Assembly: GCA_001949185.1 (NCBI GenBank)
Contig: BDGG01000001.1
Coordinates: 1,715,923 to 1,779,922 of the forward strand
Source: Ramazzottius varieornatus
Lineage: Eukaryota > Animalia > Tardigrada
DNA: 64,000 bases
Reading direction: 5' to 3'
Positions 40,997 to 54,219 of this stretch are shown one piece after another; within the stretch, counting starts at the first letter, position 1; every line of letters begins with the position of its first letter. The translations under genes and the position numbers were made by a program. The notes under the pieces were generated by a model that saw only the letters and a program-made list of their open reading frames with translations, was not told the DNA's origin and made no database searches.

Positions 40997-42415
40997 ATGC
41001 GTCAGTTAGCTGGGAGGATAGGTTGTCGGGCGTTTTCATCTCTCACCAAAGCCATGGCTGAATTGCCTGCTCACAAAACCTGCATTTCTGGAAAGTATCC
41101 TGGTTCTGATGTTGAACGACTAACCGTCCCGGAGGATAAAGTCTCGTGGAGTGTACCGTGGGAGGAATACGACCCGAAAGATTATACTTCGGAGAAGCTG
41201 AAGACGGCAGATTATGCTGATCCGGAAATTTCGTAGGTATTTCCACTATTCCAGTCGAGCGACTCTGCCTTTCAGTGTTTTGATCTGTGTTGTTTTGCAG
41301 AGATCCGAAGTTTCAGCCGCAATGGAACGCTAATGATGGTCCGCTAGATCGTCGAAGTCACATGGGAAACTATGAGATTGCGGACAAGATGCCAAGAAAT
41401 CCTTGCGGACGAACAGGCATTCGTGGACGAGGTTCGTTACTTCTTCGTTTGGCTGTTTGGCTCCGTGTTTGATTGATGGGTTGGTGCGTATGTGAATCAG
41501 GGAGACTTGGACGCTGGGGAGTCAACCATGCTGCAGATCCCATTGTCACAAGGTAGGCTTACGATCTTCTTCAATAAGCTATCTTATTCTGTAGCGATCG
41601 GTTATGTTAATGGTTCTATCTTCTTCAGGTGGAAGACGGATAAGCACGGAAACATGTGCTACAACAGCCACGATGATAATCCTGTCGCACAAGTCGTCCT
41701 CATCCAAAGGAGCAGTGGAGACTGGGCTTTCCCAGGGGCAAGTTGGACCTTTTGCGTTCACTAGCTTCAGAAAATATCGCAGAATTTCAAGAAAGGTTTT
41801 TGCCTTTTTTAGGGGATGGTCGATCCAGGAGAAAGTTTCGAAGAGACGGCTGAACGGGAGTTCTGTGAAGAAACTCTGGACGGGACGGGCTTTCTGCACT
41901 TAGGGCCTTCCAGCAAAGACTATGAAGAAAACAAAAAGCTGATCGAGAAGTATATGAAGAAAGGGGTCGAGGTAAAGTTTCAGATAGTCAAGTTACTATA
42001 AGTGGGAGACCAGCAAACGAAGAGTACGAGATCGTCATCTTAAATGGCGCACTCTCCTAGCCATTTACAATGGAAACGTGCGCCTTGTGAGGCAGCGATC
42101 TTGTGTGATTCGTTGGTCAGCCTTCCCAAGTATGTCGATAACTTAGTCTTTTCATAATGGTGTCCAGAGATTTTGAGTTCGCAGGTCTACCGCGGTTACG
42201 TGGATGATCCTCGTAACACAGACAACGCGTGGATGGAAACCGTCGCGATCACCTTCCATGATCCAAACGGTAACACCTTCTCCAAGTTGAAGCTGGTGGC
42301 TGGCAGCGATGCCAAGGCGGTGGGATGGAAGGATGTCAGCAAGGACATGTCGCTGTACGCCAACCACAAGGATATCCTGCACAGAGTGGCCAAGCGTCTG
42401 CAAGCTCACTGGTGA
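40997..42415 (+). CDS. NUDT9: ADP-ribose pyrophosphatase NUDT9, multi-exon; N-terminal mitochondrial-type leader before a second ATG
   Basis: YPGSDVERLTVPEDKVSW, PRNPCGRTGIRGRG, LGRWGVNHAADPIV, WAFPGGMVDPGE..AEREFCEE, YRGYVDDPRNTDNAWMET, LYANH..AHW*. Confidence 0.95.
42004..42127. repeat. Intronic GGCGCAC palindrome family, copy in NUDT9 intron
   Basis: gagatcg..AATGGCGCAC(42044)-25 nt-GTGCGCC..cgatcttg. Confidence 0.88.
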
Positions 42416-43525
42416 GTGTTCGTGGCCGAGTCATCGACCAAAGCCTTTCAGAGATGGGTTGGCACGAGCTGGAGTACATAGCACGGTCTGTATAGTTTTG
42501 CTTTCTCTCATAGCAGTAGTTTTTACACGATAGATTTTATTTAGAGTTTTATTAGGTTTAAACGAGTCTCTGACGGTGTTTTTCGGGGTTTTGCTTCCGG
42601 TGTTTAGCGTGCTCTGCGTTACCCGGTTTACACGGTTCGGTATTTCGGTTCTGCGCACAGAGAACTCTTCGTCAATTACGTGGATTTTGCTTTTGCCGTA
42701 CGTCTGTCTCTGCGGAGAACTTGTGAAGTATTTGTGTTTGGTCAGAAATTCAGTAGTACCGGAAGTAAGCGTTTCGATGCGTTCTCTACGTCTTACATGC
42801 ACCGAACCTCAAAAGTCTTCACAGATTTCAATAGATCGTCAATAGACGTGAAAGATTGGTCTGGCTTGTTGGCAAGCTTATTGAGTATACACATTGAGGT
42901 TCTCCGAAGTCCGAGGGAGCTGAGATGGTTTTGGTCCTCTTGGACCGCACGCTTGCATAATGAAAAGACAGAGCTCCACAAGTTCAGTGTTCTGCGATAG
43001 TTGTTGATTTCGTATTATCACTTTTCTTCTGGTAAGCGGGTTCCGGAATGCTTCGAAGTCAAAGGTAGAATAGTGACGGCGCTTTGAGGGTGACGTGCGA
43101 GTTTTAGCTGGGCTTCCGGTTTACATATGAAATTCTGGGCTTTCCGTACATTCGAGCTACGGTAAGCCGAGCTCGATGCAGCGCTGTAACGTCGTAGCAG
43201 CCCTGACAACCTGTTGATCGGATTGATTTTACCGATTCCGCCGAGCAAACTTCAAAGTTCAAACAGCTCTTAGCCTTACAAAAAACAAAGTTGTGAAACT
43301 CTGGATTAATCGTCCATCCAGCTGTCTCAGCTCTCATCTTGTTGAATCTCCACAGCCAATGCCGCATACCTACGGGGAGAGCAGCAGCCGGCACTGAGGT
43401 AGGAATATAAGAAGATGAATACAGTAACCGATTCTTGTCTACTGTAGTTGCGCATGTCGTATTCCCGTCGTGTCTATAATTATTACAGGCGAACACTATC
43501 CGGAGTACATCACCAGAATTCCACG

Positions 43526-46500
43526 ATGCCTTCATCGGACGTCTCGTTCCAGCCGAACGGCATCAAAGATGGACATGGCGACCCAATGGTGGCAGCGACC
43601 CACCGCGCTCCATTTCGAGGAATGGAATCCGCTCAAGGTGCATATATGCACCAAGAATTACGAAAGCGCATCATGGTGATCGACGGCGCAATGGGCACCA
43701 TGATCCAGCGACATAACCTCACCGAAGCTGATTACCGCGGGACCGAATTCCGCAACCATCCCGCCAAGAACCTCAAAGGCAACAACGACCTCTTGTCCCT
43801 CACCCAACCGGAAATCATCTACAGTATCCATCGCCAATACCTCCTGGCCGGCGCGGACATCATCGAGACCAATACATTCAGTGGAACCACCATCGCGCAA
43901 GCCGATTACCAGATGGAAGATTTAGTGTATCGGTTGAACTTTGAGTCGGCGAAGTTGGCTAAGCGGGCAGCGGACGATGTGGAGAAGGAGACGGGAGTGA
44001 GGCGGTTCGTGGCTGGAGCAATAGGTCCCACGAACCGGACATTGTCCATTAGTCCGTCGGTGGAGAAACCCGAATTCCGGAATGTGACGTTTGATCAATT
44101 GGTAGAAGCGTATACGGAGCAGGCCAAGGCATTACTGGATGGAGGAGCGGACGTCTTGCTGGTGGAGACTATATTTGACACGGCGAACGCCAAGGCTGCG
44201 CTGTTTGCTGTACAGACACTGTTTGATGACGAAGGATACGCTCGGGTGCCAATCTTTGTTTCAGGTGATCTGATTTTCATAGGGGGTTCTATAATTTTTA
44301 AAGCTGCGTTCACCAGAAATTCTGTGGTCGTTCGATCTCGTCAACATTTTGCAAAAAAGTGAGAGCAACTTTGGGTGATACTGAAAAATTAGAGCCTAGG
44401 CTGGGAAGCCATTCGTTGAAACAATTTTGTAAAGTACTGTATATGAAGGGAAGTTTATTAGGGCTCCGCGTTCTAGCAGAAATTTTTTAGTTTGTTCCCC
44501 ATTGCACGTTTGAGTTTTACTTCAGTTCTGGATGAGAGAGGGATGTCTAGTGACTAGTTTGGGCAGAAGGAAGTCAAGCCGGACCGCTGTCAAGGCTCGA
44601 GAAAAAAACTGTATTTTGCGCTAAGTGAAACGGGGTAAAACCAACTGGCGCGTTACCTGATCACCAACCGGATTTTGCAAACTTTTCTGTTTTATCCGCC
44701 AGGTTTCCGTTCCTGATTAAAGTTAGTTTTTACTCTGTATCCTCTTCACACTCTAGTTGCTTTTTGTCGAAGCACTAGAAAATCATCTATCCCAGATATC
44801 CGAGAAACAACATTTCCACCATCGGCGCGGATAACGTGAGGATAACATTACAAAATGCGCGAGTTTTCGAGGAAAATCGAAAAACAGTTTTTCTCGTCTT
44901 TCCAAAAAATTATTTCTCCTTCTCTGCGAGTGTCATGTACCCTATCTTTTGAGGATAGCGGTTAGAAGAGATGGTCTATTTTTGAATGATAAACGTGCAC
45001 TCGAAAATAGCACTTTCAGGTAGCCTTTGCCTTAAAACCTATTGAACTCCCTATGCAATTTGTGAGCGAAGGCTCATCTCATCACCGACACCACCGATCG
45101 GCTCATCTCACCACCGATTTTTATTGTTACACCACCGTTCGGCGACCCTCACCACTTCTAATTTATTTCTTGATTAGATGAAACGTGGTGAGATTAACCA
45201 GAAGTTACGAGCTCACCACCACCACTGCACTGTGTTGTACGTATAAATAAACGAGCCATCCCTCAAATTAACTGCAAACGAATCCGTCACTCTTGAAACT
45301 CCCGAAAAGTGGTCAAAGGAGAGACCTCAAGTTGGCTGCCACGCACTGTAGACCCTGTTGCGCAGCCGCGCGAGTTGCGCGGCTGCGCGACTCTAAACTA
45401 CCCGGATAACTTCACCCTCATTACACTGGACGACGCTATGGCATTTCTGGCGCAATGTGTTCCGGAGACAGCCGAATGCCGATCGCAGGGTCGTCCCGGA
45501 AATCTTAGTTGCTGAGTAGCTATAGCTGTGATTGTTCATATGAGTAGGTACTGTGAAACTTCTGTATGTTCTTCGTCACCCAACCCGCTGTTATGTTGTC
45601 CCGGCGAGATTGGTTTCACATACCACACTAGCTTTTCGTATATCAATAGCATCAGCTTACTACAATAGTGTTGCTGGTGGTGTTTCAGTCACCACCAACC
45701 GAAATAAAATTTTGGGATGAGTCGGGGATGGTATCAAAAATCAAAAAAGTGCTAGTAGTGAGAAGAGCCCATTGGTGGAGTTGCTATTAATACAGTGCGG
45801 ATGGGCCAAGTGACTACCACCTGGAACATTGGCGTAGAAAACAATCGGACTGCCTGATTATTTTTCGTTCTTTCACATAATTTGTGCAAATTTTCACGCT
45901 GGTTCCGCTAAGGCATAGCTCGTTTGCATGCGTTGAGACCAGGGTGGAGAAGTTGATTGAAACGACTTCCGGTGGGAAGAGTATTCGGGAGGAACAAACC
46001 GGACAAGCTAGAACTCCATGCGCTTGTATCTCTCCCCAATTTGATTTAAACGTAGATAGAACTATCCGGGTTCTTTTTAGAAAATAGGGAAGATCCCAAG
46101 AAAGTGAAACCAAGTTGGTAAATGAATTAAGACCGTCGAATTCGACCATTTTGCCGGTATACCACTCCTCGTGGAAAACATCATAATCTTCTAACCGTAG
46201 AGTTCTCACTTGCGACCGCTTTTCGCAAGGCCCAGTCATTGGACTAGTATTTTCCAGTATCGGATTTGCAAGGCCTTGTCACACAAGTAGATGAGAATTT
46301 TTTGAAGTTCTCTCAAAATCTGAAAAAGTTGCCGATTCCCGCGAACCAAGGTGTTGCGGAAAGCCTTGCCCCACCCAAGTTTTCCTAAGTCTGTCCAAAA
46401 GTGCTTTGGATTTAGATGGAGCGATGATTTGGCTTCCCGTTCATGCTTTAAGCTGCCGGGGAAAAAACCGCAGTATTTCGAGAAACCTTGTTTTCTCGCA

Positions 46501-49500
46501 CCCTGTATTTTGGCACAGTTTCGCTACAGTAGCTGTATGTGAATTAACAAGTGGTACAGAAGAGCACTGTATTTTTCCTGGAAGCCAGATCACCGTTAAC
46601 ACTCTGCGTACGACCGTCCTCTTTGTGTGCACAATCACTCAGTTTTATTCACCTCCCAGTTTTAGCTTTTGGTCTTTCGAGTCTGAGCCTTTTTGTTTGC
46701 ATGTACCTCGGTCTTCTCGCCAAAGCAACACTGATGACCAGCAGCCAGCAAGACCATAGCACGCTGGAATTGTTTTCTACGGTTTCGGGTGGTTTTGGTA
46801 AAATTTGGTGTTTCGTCTCTTCGCGCGAGACACGTGCACGGTATTCGCTTAGAAATAAACTGGAGCACTGGGGACAGCCTTATCTATCGACGCCGAGCCC
46901 GGGATAAATTTTGTAGTCATCAGTGCGGTCAGAAGAAAATCAAGACGACCAGTTTTCCCTTTTGAGGTTTGGCGTTCTAGGCCTGCCAGTTATCCGAATT
47001 TTGAAATTTCGAAAATTGCCTATTGGTTGGACCAGCCTCCGCAACACGGTACCAGCCAATAAAATTCCTGTATGCACAAGGAGGACGGTAGTATTCTGCA
47101 AACATGAAAAAGATCGTGCTGAAAATTTTAAACAATTTGCAACCAGCAGTTCTAGTTCCGAAAGGGCAGAAGAGAGAAAATGGTGTTTTCCCGAAGGAAC
47201 GAAAATTGAATACCTAAGGGGACTCTGAATCGCAAACTCATCAGAGTAAGCTCGAGCTCCAGACAGCGCGAGCCTTTTTTCAGGATGGTTACCCGATTGT
47301 TTTTCTGGTTTTTCCAATTTTTTTAATTTTTGCTGAATCATGAGTTTGTGTGTGATCGACCAAATTCGTACGAATCAATTAGCGAAACGGCTAGTTGATT
47401 AACAAAGAATGGATTACTCTCAGGACCCTACTAGTCGGACAATGGTACGACCGACAGGGTATGACGTAACTCGTGCTGCCTGCTGCGCGATCGGCAGCGA
47501 CGCGGCTGGGTGACTAGGTAGGAAAGTAGATTATCGTGCAATTGTAAAATCGCCAGGGTGGGTGGGTAGGTTGGTTGAACATTGATCTTGGTAGATTAAC
47601 CACTAGTGGCTAGCCGTTGGTCTTGCTGTCTTCACCACTAGTGGTTGACCATTGGGCTTTCTAGGTTGAGCACTAAGCGTCGGTCATTGGTTTTGCTATG
47701 TTTGACCACTGATACTAGCCATTGGCATTGATAGGTTGACCGCCCCATCGCAGCCGGTTTATTGGCCCGTTCTTCCTGTCTCTTGGTCAATGGGCGTGGT
47801 AACCGGTCTGGGCTTTTTATTACGTCAGATGTGGATGAACCTTGGTTCCCATCCATTGATCTTTCCGCCCTAGGCTCATGCTTGCCATAGAGCAACACAG
47901 CCATTGATTCGAAAAAACGGCTGATTTGCTAAATTCTGATGCGTGTGCGCTGTTTATGTGGTGTGCGACCACGCCTCAAGAAGTGCACTAGATCCCAACG
48001 AAGCCTCTACACCTGTGAAGTAGGGTTAATGCAGACCATCCGCTTACACCATGCACCTACATACAGTGTGGCACGCTATCCCGCCGTGTCGCACAGTACA
48101 GGTGCAGGATGCAAGATGTGGTACGGATACTGATAATGCCGGTGATACTGAAGGCCGCGGTCTGCCGTTGAGTTCTCCGATATTAAAATATATATTAATA
48201 CCAAAGCCACAGGAGTGCTACTATAGTAATATTTTATTAAATCAGGCAGAGGTTTTACCATATTAATTTCAAGTTAGTAAGACTTTGGTGGACGGCGGTT
48301 ATTTATTTTTATTATATTAGATGTCGTTATTCCATATTAGAACATCACTAGGCCTACGAGGCTGCACCCTCCCTAGTCCTGGGTTGATTCTCAACTTTGT
48401 ATAAACACTCTCTCTGGGCAAGTTATTTTTAAGGGGTAGCAATAGGGATACTAAGTTAAGAAAAAATGGTTGTGAGGACCAGCCCATACGCAGTCGAGAG
48501 CGCCGTGCATATCATGAGGTGGTAGTCACTTGGCCCATCTACACTGTAATAACCGCGGTGGTGAGGTGAGCCCTCACCTAATTTGCATGCAAAGTACGAC
48601 CAACATGATCAAGGGTCAATCACAGAAAAATATCTAGTTTGTGCGTCGACCGTGGAAAAAATTAATGGACCGGAAAAGCATGCTTTGCGTACGATTCTCA
48701 GCGCTAAATTCTCGAGGGAAGTAACGACACCGACGATAGCTCAGTTGGTAGAGCGGGTGACTGTAGTAGCCCCATAGTTATCACCAGGTCCTGAGTTCAA
48801 TTCTCAGTCGTCGGAAATTTTTTCGCTTGTTGCATTATTTTCCGCATTGATTTTTCGCCGTATCCGAGCAGCTTCTCCAGTCCTTTCGATCTTTGACTAT
48901 CATGACCATGAAAACTTCTCCTATTTCTTTAAAATCTATGAACAGGCTCTTTCCATCATAGGTTTCTCACCTGCGGAGGCGGATGAGGCCGGTTGGCAGA
49001 AATATATCGCCTTTACTGATTGAAATTTTCCGCAGGTACCATCGTGGACAAAAGTGGCCGAACTTTATCCGGCCAACGTGCCGAAGCATTCGTCATCAGC
49101 GTCAGCCATTCCCATCCCCTCTGCATCGGACTAAACTGTGCACTGGGTGCGTCAGAGATGCGTCCCTTCATCGAAGAAATCAGCCGGACGACTTCCTCCT
49201 TCGTCATTTGCTACCCCAACGCCGGTCTTCCCAACACGTTTGGCGGCTACGACGAGACACCCGACAAGATGGCCGAAGAAGTAGCACAGTTCGCCGCTGC
49301 AGGTCTAGTCAACATGGTGGGCGGATGCTGTGGGACCACGCCCGACCATATCCGAAAGGTCGCGGCGGCAGTGCGGGGCATTCCGCCGCGAAGACCTCCA
49401 GCAGACTTGTACTCGGATAGTCTAGTGTTATGTGGGCTTGAGCCGATGCGGTGTGGACCTGATGCGCTGTTCCTGAACATCGGGGAGAGGTGTAACGTGG

Positions 49501-52500
49501 CTGGATCGAAGAGGTTCTTGAATTTGATCAAGGCGAACAAGTTCGAGGAAGCGCTAGACGTGGCGAAGAAGCAGGTGGAAGCCGGCGCGCAGGTGTTGGA
49601 TATCAATATGGACGAAGGCATGCTTGATGGGAAATCTGTAGGTACTTTATTCTTAGCACGTTCTTATTTAGCGTTTATTAAATAATGGATTGTTGTTTTC
49701 CAGGTGATGACAAAGTTTTTGAATTTGATCAGTGGAGAACCCGACATAGCCAAAGTCCCTCTCTGCGTCGATTCCTCCAACTTCGAGGTGATCTTAGCTG
49801 GGTTGAAGTGCACGCAGGGAAAGGCTATCGTCAATAGTATCAGCCTGAAGGAAGGAGAGAAAGACTTCCTCCAGAAAGCCAAAATTATCCAGCGAATGGG
49901 TGCGGCGGTAATCATCATGGCGTTCGATGAACAAGGCCAAGCAGCGGAGACTCAACGAAAAGTGGAGATATGCTCGCGCGCGTATCACCTCCTGCGGGAA
50001 CGTCTCAACTTCAACCCCAACGACATTATTTTCGACCCAAACATTTTGACCATTGCCACGGTACAGTTCGAAGATCCACAGCAAACTTATCCGTCCCCAA
50101 ATTTAATGGCAGAAAGCTCGACAGTATTGTTTTCCCCACTGACGCACGTTTTCAGTTCATGTCAATTGGAAAGCGCGCCACTTGGCACTGCGAGCTTGTC
50201 GAGCTTGTTTGCACAGCTTCCAACTTTTGTTTTTATTTCGGTTTTTATCCTCCGTTTCGTCCTTTATCAGGGAATGGAAGAACATGCTGACTATGGGAGG
50301 TTTTACATCGAAGCCTGCCAAGAAATCAAACGATCTCTACCGTTTGCTCGAGTCAGTGGCGGCGTATCGAATTTGTCCTTCTCCTTCAGAGGCAACGATG
50401 CGGTGAGGGAAGCGATACACTCGGTATTCTTGTATCATGCGATCAAAGCGGGGATATCTATGGGGATAGTTAATGCTGGAGCTTTACCAATCTATGACGA
50501 GATCGAGCCGAACTTGCTCAAGCTCTGTGAAGACTTGCTGTGGAACAAGGACCCGCAGGCCACTGAGAAGATGCTGCTCTTCGCGCAAGGAATGGTGAAG
50601 GGCGAAGGGAAGAGGGAGGAAATGGAAGCGTGGAGGCTCTTGCCGGTACAGCAAAGACTGGAACACGCGTTGATCAAAGGTAGTACCGGTACAATGAGAA
50701 TTTACTCCCGCATTTAATTTGACTTGAATGTCGGTTTGTAGGTATTGATGAGTTTGTGACCGAGGATACGGAAGAATGTAGAAGGCTGAAGGATCAGTAT
50801 CCGAGGCCGCTGAATGTGATCGAAGGACCGCTGATGAAAGGCATGTCAGTGGTGGGCGACCTGTTCGGTGCGGGAAAGATGTTCCTACCGCAAGTCATCA
50901 AGAGTGCGCGAGTCATGAAGAAAGCTGTGGCGCACTTGATACCGTTCATGGAAAAAGAACGGGAAGAAAAAATCAAGGAGCTGCTAGTGCAAGGCAGGTT
51001 TAGGCTGTGTCAAGATAGTAACTTCGAAATTTGAATATTAATCATCACTTGGAATATTTCGTGTGGAAGGTCCCCTTTCTCTACGATTTTTTTCATCGTT
51101 GGTGAAATGAAGAAGCATCCGTCACGCGACATCAAACGGTTTTGCAATAACGGACTGTGTGTTCCTTGTTAGGTGACTCCTCAACGCAGTTTGATCCCGC
51201 GTCCTTCTATCAAGGCACCATCGTTCTTGCCACGGTCAAAGGAGACGTCCACGACATCGGGAAGAATATCGTCGGTGTCGTCCTTGGCTGCAACAACTTT
51301 AAAGTGATCGATCTGGGCGTAATGACGTCCATCGAGAAGATCATCGAGGTCGCCGTCAGAGAAAAGGCCGATATTGTCGGCATGTCCGGTCTCATCACTC
51401 CCAGCCTCGAAGAAATGGTCCACAACGCTAGTGAGTTCCAACGAGTCGGCTTGAAGATTCCCATCCTGATTGGTGGCGCCACCACGTCGAAAACCCACAC
51501 GGCTGTCAAGATCGCTCCGAAGTACACATCTCCCGTCATTCACTGCGGAGACGCATCGAAAAGTGTAGTAGTTTGTAGTGCTTTGCTGGATGAAAAGCAA
51601 CTGGATGATTTAGTCATGGATATCGAAGACGAATATCAGGATATTCGGGATGAGCATTACGAGTCGTTGAATGATAAGAAGTACTGGTCCTTAGCAGAAG
51701 CAAGAAAACGGGCGCCGGTTTTTGATTTCAGTCACATCTCGCCACCGAACTTTGTGGGAAGGAAGGTCTTTCATGATTATCCACTGGAAGAAATCATTCC
51801 GTTGATTGACTGGAAGCCGTTCTTTGATATGTGGCAGTTAAGAGGAAAGTATCCGAACAAGAACTTTCCGAATATTTTCAAGGACAAAGATATCGGGGAA
51901 GAAGCCGAGAAAGTCTACAAGGATGCACAGAAAATGCTACGAGAGATCGTCCAAAAGAAGATCCTCCGAGCGACAGCGGCGTTCGGCATCTTTCCCTGTA
52001 ACACTCAGCAGGACGACATAGTGATCTTCTCCAAAGATGGAAACGAGATTGGGAGGGTGATCGGGTTGCGACAGCAAGCACAGCGGGACGTGAATGATAA
52101 GTGTTATTGCCTGGCGGACTTTGTGGCGACGGAGGGATCGGGGGCTCAAGACTACATTGGCATGTTTGTGGTGTCGGCTGGTTTTGGTGTGGAGGAAGCA
52201 TGTGCGAAGTTCGAAGAGAGACTGGACGATTACGGGTCCATAATGCTGAAAGCACTGGCTGATCGGCTAGCGGAAGGCTTAGCGGAGCTATTACATTTGA
52301 AGGTGGTATAAATGATCTAAACCCGTAGAGAAAGCTTTCCATCCACTACCGACTATCATCTGCGAAGTGGGCAAGTGAATAAAACCAGATCGCTTTTCCA
52401 GATGGCGCACTTTCCAGCTGATAACAATGCAGATGTGCGCCACTGGGTTCCATCCATTTGCTCACCTTCCGTCTACCCTGTGACGACTACCAAACAGCAC

Positions 52501-52978
52501 TCAATACGGAGTCGCGGTTGATATGAACCTGTCTTTTTATTCTCTCTTCTTGTTTTTGCCTGTCTAAAAGACACACCCAGTCAAAATTGAAACGATGGTT
52601 TTGTTATAGGTACGGAAAGAGTATTGGGGTTATGACCAAGATGAAAATCTGGGCGTGGCGGACCTGCATAAGGTGAAGTATGCCGGTATCAGACCGGCTT
52701 TCGGGTACCCGTCGCTGCCTGACCCGACGGAGATGCTGACGGCCTGGAGGATCCTCAATGTGGAGAACGAAACGGGAGTGACGCTGACGGAAGGATATGC
52801 CATGAGACCGGCAGCGTCAGTCTCCGGACTGTACCTCGCTCACCCCGAATCAAGCTATTTCTCGGTGGGCAAGGTCGACCGAGAACAAGTGGCCGCGTAC
52901 GCCGAGAGGAAAGGCATGAAGGTGAGGGACGTGGAGAAATGGCTGTGCGGTAATCTCGCTTACGACAACTGTGGCTAA
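43526..52978 (+). CDS. MTR: Cobalamin-dependent methionine synthase, multi-exon; 4.77-kb intron at 44265-49035
   Basis: [40 protein letters not shown], cobalamin motif [15 protein letters not shown], activation domain [10 protein letters not shown]. Confidence 0.97.
45053..48588. mobile_element. Probable non-autonomous TIR element hosting the Tc1/mariner-like insertion
   Basis: gaaggctcatctcatcaccg (about 45068) vs the reverse complement of cggtggtgaggtgagccctc (about 48557-48576), 17/20 match; CACCAC subterminal repeats; no clear TSD. Confidence 0.45.
45793..48546. mobile_element. Tc1/mariner-superfamily-like element (2.75 kb), no intact transposase
   Basis: 30-bp TIR CAGTG(CG/TA)GATGGGCCAAGTGACTACCACCT at both ends, flanked by TA (45791-45792 and 48547-48548). 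Confidence 0.85.
48730..48815 (+). tRNA. tRNA-Tyr (GTA) with about 13-nt intron, inside the MTR intron
   Basis: Acceptor CCGACGA/TCGTCGG-A, D arm TAGCTCAGTTGGTAGAGC, anticodon stem GGTGA/TCACC with CTGTAG, intron 48767-48779, T arm CTGAG-TTCAATT-CTCAG, T6 terminator just downstream. Confidence 0.92.
50108..50221. repeat. Intronic GGCGCAC palindrome family, copy in MTR intron
   Basis: Core 50138-50182 with 25-nt spacer; right arm cgagcttgtttgcacagcttcc. Confidence 0.82.
52368..52450. repeat. Intronic GGCGCAC palindrome family, copy in last MTR intron
   Basis: cagatcg..GATGGCGCAC(52401)-24 nt-GTGCGCCACT(52444). Confidence 0.85.
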
Positions 52979-53589
52979 TCCAACTTTTACGTGTTCTTTC
53001 CAAAAGCAAATTTCTTGTCATGTCTCACCGGATGCTCAGTTCAAATTTGCTCAGCTTCAGAGATTAATTTACTGTGTGGCAGGCCCCCTTCAACGGTACT
53101 TCCTGAGTGTCAAATACTAGCTTATATCAAGTAGCTTTTGGTCTTCAGATTCAGCAAATACTGTCTGGAGATGCGTTTAGAAAACCTTCGTGTTGGGGTT
53201 TGTGTTCGAAATAAGATAAACAGGAAGGTGTCAGAGTTGATGAGGAGGGCAGGAAGGAAACATGGAAGCAACTTCCGGGTACATCACGCGAAACTAATCC
53301 TCCCTTCAAGCATCTGATCTGTGAATGAAATTCGTTGAAGAGAGCTTAGATAGAAATCATCGATCTGTTATTTTAACACTGCGGTTTCGGTCCAGCTTCC
53401 CTCCCTCTCCGAACTGAGTTTACACTTTACAGTAACCATGCCGTCAGAAAATCAGCGACGTGAAAACATGCTCGTTGTACATATTAACAAAGCATTCGAC
53501 GTGGGTCAATTCGACTACCGGAGTTTTTACCATAGTCCGTCATAGAACAGGGATACATTCCCCACAAATATCAAAAGGGTTTGGAAGGT

Positions 53590-54219
53590 TCACACAGTTG
53601 TTTCGTTTTCCAAGTGTATGGTCGGTGCGTAGTGCTCGGCGGTCCAAGAAGGTACGCGGCGAACCGGACTCCAGCTCGACGTACTGACTGCGGACCCACG
53701 ATGTTGGGTTTGGCGTTTCTTCCGTTCTCCGGCTTGCGCTACGGCTCGGACATCCTGTTTGCACGATATCCAGGAGCCACCTCGACTGAAAAGTAAACCG
53801 CTGTGCATGAGAACACCAAGATCCACTAAACGGGTTTGGTTTGACGAGCTGTACCTTGAGCGAACGACTAAGAGCAGGACGATTGAGCAAAATATGGACA
53901 GGATGATGAAAGTATGGATTATGGACTCGCCATCTTGGTCGTCTGCTGCCTCTTGGTTGGATGTTTCATTGTTCCAAGTCCGGTTAAGGAAGAACCGAGC
54001 TTCGGGAAACCCATTACGGAAACATGCGGCGATATTCTGTAGGCGCGATAGTAAACTCTGAAGCTGGTCGTTCTCTTCATCCTCGTGGATATCACTCTGA
54101 TGTCGCTCTTCAAAAAATTCCTGTGACTTGTCCATTAACGGTTTGGGCTCGGCCACACAACACCACGACTTCAAGTATCCGGGAAGCTCCTGTGCTGAAC
54201 CAGGAAGTTGAAAATCCAA
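53590..54219 (-). CDS. Uncharacterised ORF with one predicted transmembrane helix; likely the last exon of a longer, possibly decaying gene reaching about 55500
   Basis: 209-codon open frame with hydrophobic IIHTFIILSIFCSIVLLLVV followed by RSR. Upstream exon-like segments contain in-frame stops. Confidence 0.35.
   Translation of the reverse strand: MDFQLPGSAQELPGYLKSWCCVAEPKPLMDKSQEFFEERHQSDIHEDEENDQLQSLLSRLQNIAACFRNGFPEARFFLNRTWNNETSNQEAADDQDGESIIHTFIILSIFCSIVLLLVVRSRYSSSNQTRLVDLGVLMHSGLLFSRGGSWISCKQDVRAVAQAGERKKRQTQHRGSAVSTSSWSPVRRVPSWTAEHYAPTIHLENETTV

Noticed and set aside
45814-46239. ORF inside the Tc1-like element as a transposase
   Set aside because: No DD34E/D or HTH motifs recognisable.
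43526-52978. MTR as a bacterial horizontal transfer
   Set aside because: MetH is highly conserved and native to most animals; the gene has several spliceosomal introns.
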